Shown here: piece by piece, positions 62,838-64,000 of the stretch
Layout: every line of letters begins with the position of its first letter
Numbering within the stretch: the stretch's first letter is position 1
Source of the DNA: Podarcis tiliguerta
Taxonomy: Eukaryota
Reading direction: 5' to 3' (one strand)
Assembly: GCA_965153285.1 (NCBI GenBank)
Contig: OZ229111.1
DNA: 64,000 bases
Position numbers and translations under genes: made by a program
The notes under the pieces: generated by a model
Database searches by the model: none
The model's input: the letters and a program-made list of their open reading frames with translations, nothing else
Told to the model about the DNA's origin: nothing

Positions 62838-62917
62838 CAGGCTGAGTCTTTTAAAAGAGGCCCCGTGGAACATGTGTACTCTCTATCCATGGGGCCTCTT
62901 TTAAAGGACTCACCCTG
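62838..62917. mobile_element. 80-bp Tc1/mariner MITE
   Basis: TA|CAGGCTGAGTCTTTTAAAAGAGGCCCCGTGGA ... TCCATGGGGCCTCTTTTAAAGGACTCACCCTG|TA, with about 32-bp arms, in a TA-rich site. Confidence 0.88.
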
Positions 62918-64000
62918 TATATATAAACATATAAATGTTTTAGTGTCTTTACCTCCTCCTCCCAGCTTCAGAGTATGAAAAATGAAATGCCGTCTTAAAT
63001 CAGCATATCACAAAACATAGAGCATGCTGTGTTGTTATGAAGGGTGTTGGGTTGCAGTGATGAGAGCTGACAATTCTGACCTCATAGGTCTTGCTCCGTA
63101 GAGAAATACTTGCCCAGTTTATATGTACACCACTGAAGCTTCTGTTTGAAGAGAACGCAACAGAAATTAAGTTGGAGAGCATTTTTAAGTTTCAACATTT
63201 TGAGGAGTTTCCAGATTCCTCTTGCAGAATTGTATTTTGGAAGATGCTTTTCAAAAACAATGATCCTATGGGAAAATGGTGTCCAGACCACTGGGAGGAA
63301 TTTAACATCATACTCTTATGATCGTTACATCAGTGGAGGAATTCTGCTTGCCGGGTGCTATGATCTTTCCTTCTCCTAGCCCTGTGCTCTCTTCTCAGGG
63401 TTCTCCCAAACCTCCAGACCAGATCTGGGGGAGGTGTGGTGGTGCATGGGGGGAGGAGAGGAGGGGAGCCACGCTGGGTTAGTTGAAACCATCATCTCTG
63501 GCAGCTCACATGCACGCACACACTTCACTGTGATACCTAAATTCTACAACGTAATCCTGCTATTTGTGCTGAATCAGGCTGAGACACCTAAAGCATCCCC
63601 ATAGGTAGGATGGTAGCCATTCATGGGTCTCTTGCTATGTGTTGCATGAGTTGTTTCTGAATTCTGACCGATGGAGATTTTTAAAGAAGCAGCAGAACAG
63701 GCCTAATATCTGCACAAAGCTTCTTTCAAATAAAACCTTGCCTGCATTCATTATAATAGCTTACAGGCTGGTGCAAGTTTCCTCACTAGTGGCGGAACCC
63801 CGGGATGTAAGCAGAAGTGACAGCAAACACATTGCCTGCAAGTGAAATTGTGTCTGGTAGTTCCCCTACCTGTAATATCTAGCAGAACTTAACTTGTGTC
63901 ACAGCCCTCCAAATCATTGGCTGACAATTGCTGGGGAGGGAATGACAGGGAAACAAGGTCCCTTGGGATCTCATACCTGGCAGCGAGTTCCAGAAGTTAT

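Noticed and set aside
1-64000. CRISPR arrays, operons or prokaryotic defence systems
   Set aside because: This is eukaryotic intronic DNA. The repeats are dispersed TEs and microsatellites, and the only RT is an L2 LINE.

Overview
Vertebrate, non-bacterial DNA. The repeat content (Sauria SINE, Bov-B, squamate L2/CR1, lizard hAT MITEs) points to a lacertid-type lizard. The window holds part of one + strand gene, the T-type calcium channel Cav3.1 (CACNA1G). Seven coding exons (2-8) splice in frame: 26778-26889, 28748-28881, 49001-49098, 53821-53980, 56682-56973, 57377-57469 and 60054-60852. They encode repeat I S1-S6, the pore loop, the gating brake and the His-rich I-II linker. Canonical exon 1 lies upstream of the window and exon 9 downstream. 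Intron 1 ends in a minor-spliceosome (U12) acceptor: a TTCCTTGAC branch point followed by AC. The most interesting lead is a perfect U12 donor (ATATCCTTT, 22535) inside intron 1, preceded by an ATG that reads in frame into exon 2 (MDLVPST-WFERV...). This is a candidate unannotated alternative first exon giving a Cav3.1 with almost no N-terminal tail, or possibly a U12 recursive splice point. The introns are full of mobile DNA: a very young 5'-truncated L2 with an intact RT ORF and an 8-bp TSD, about 11 copies of a palindromic hAT MITE, Tigger and mariner MITEs, solo LTRs, L1-like, CR1, Penelope and Bov-B fragments, and several SINE families. Nearly all other ORFs in the track are spurious. TE family names are from recall and were not checked against a database.
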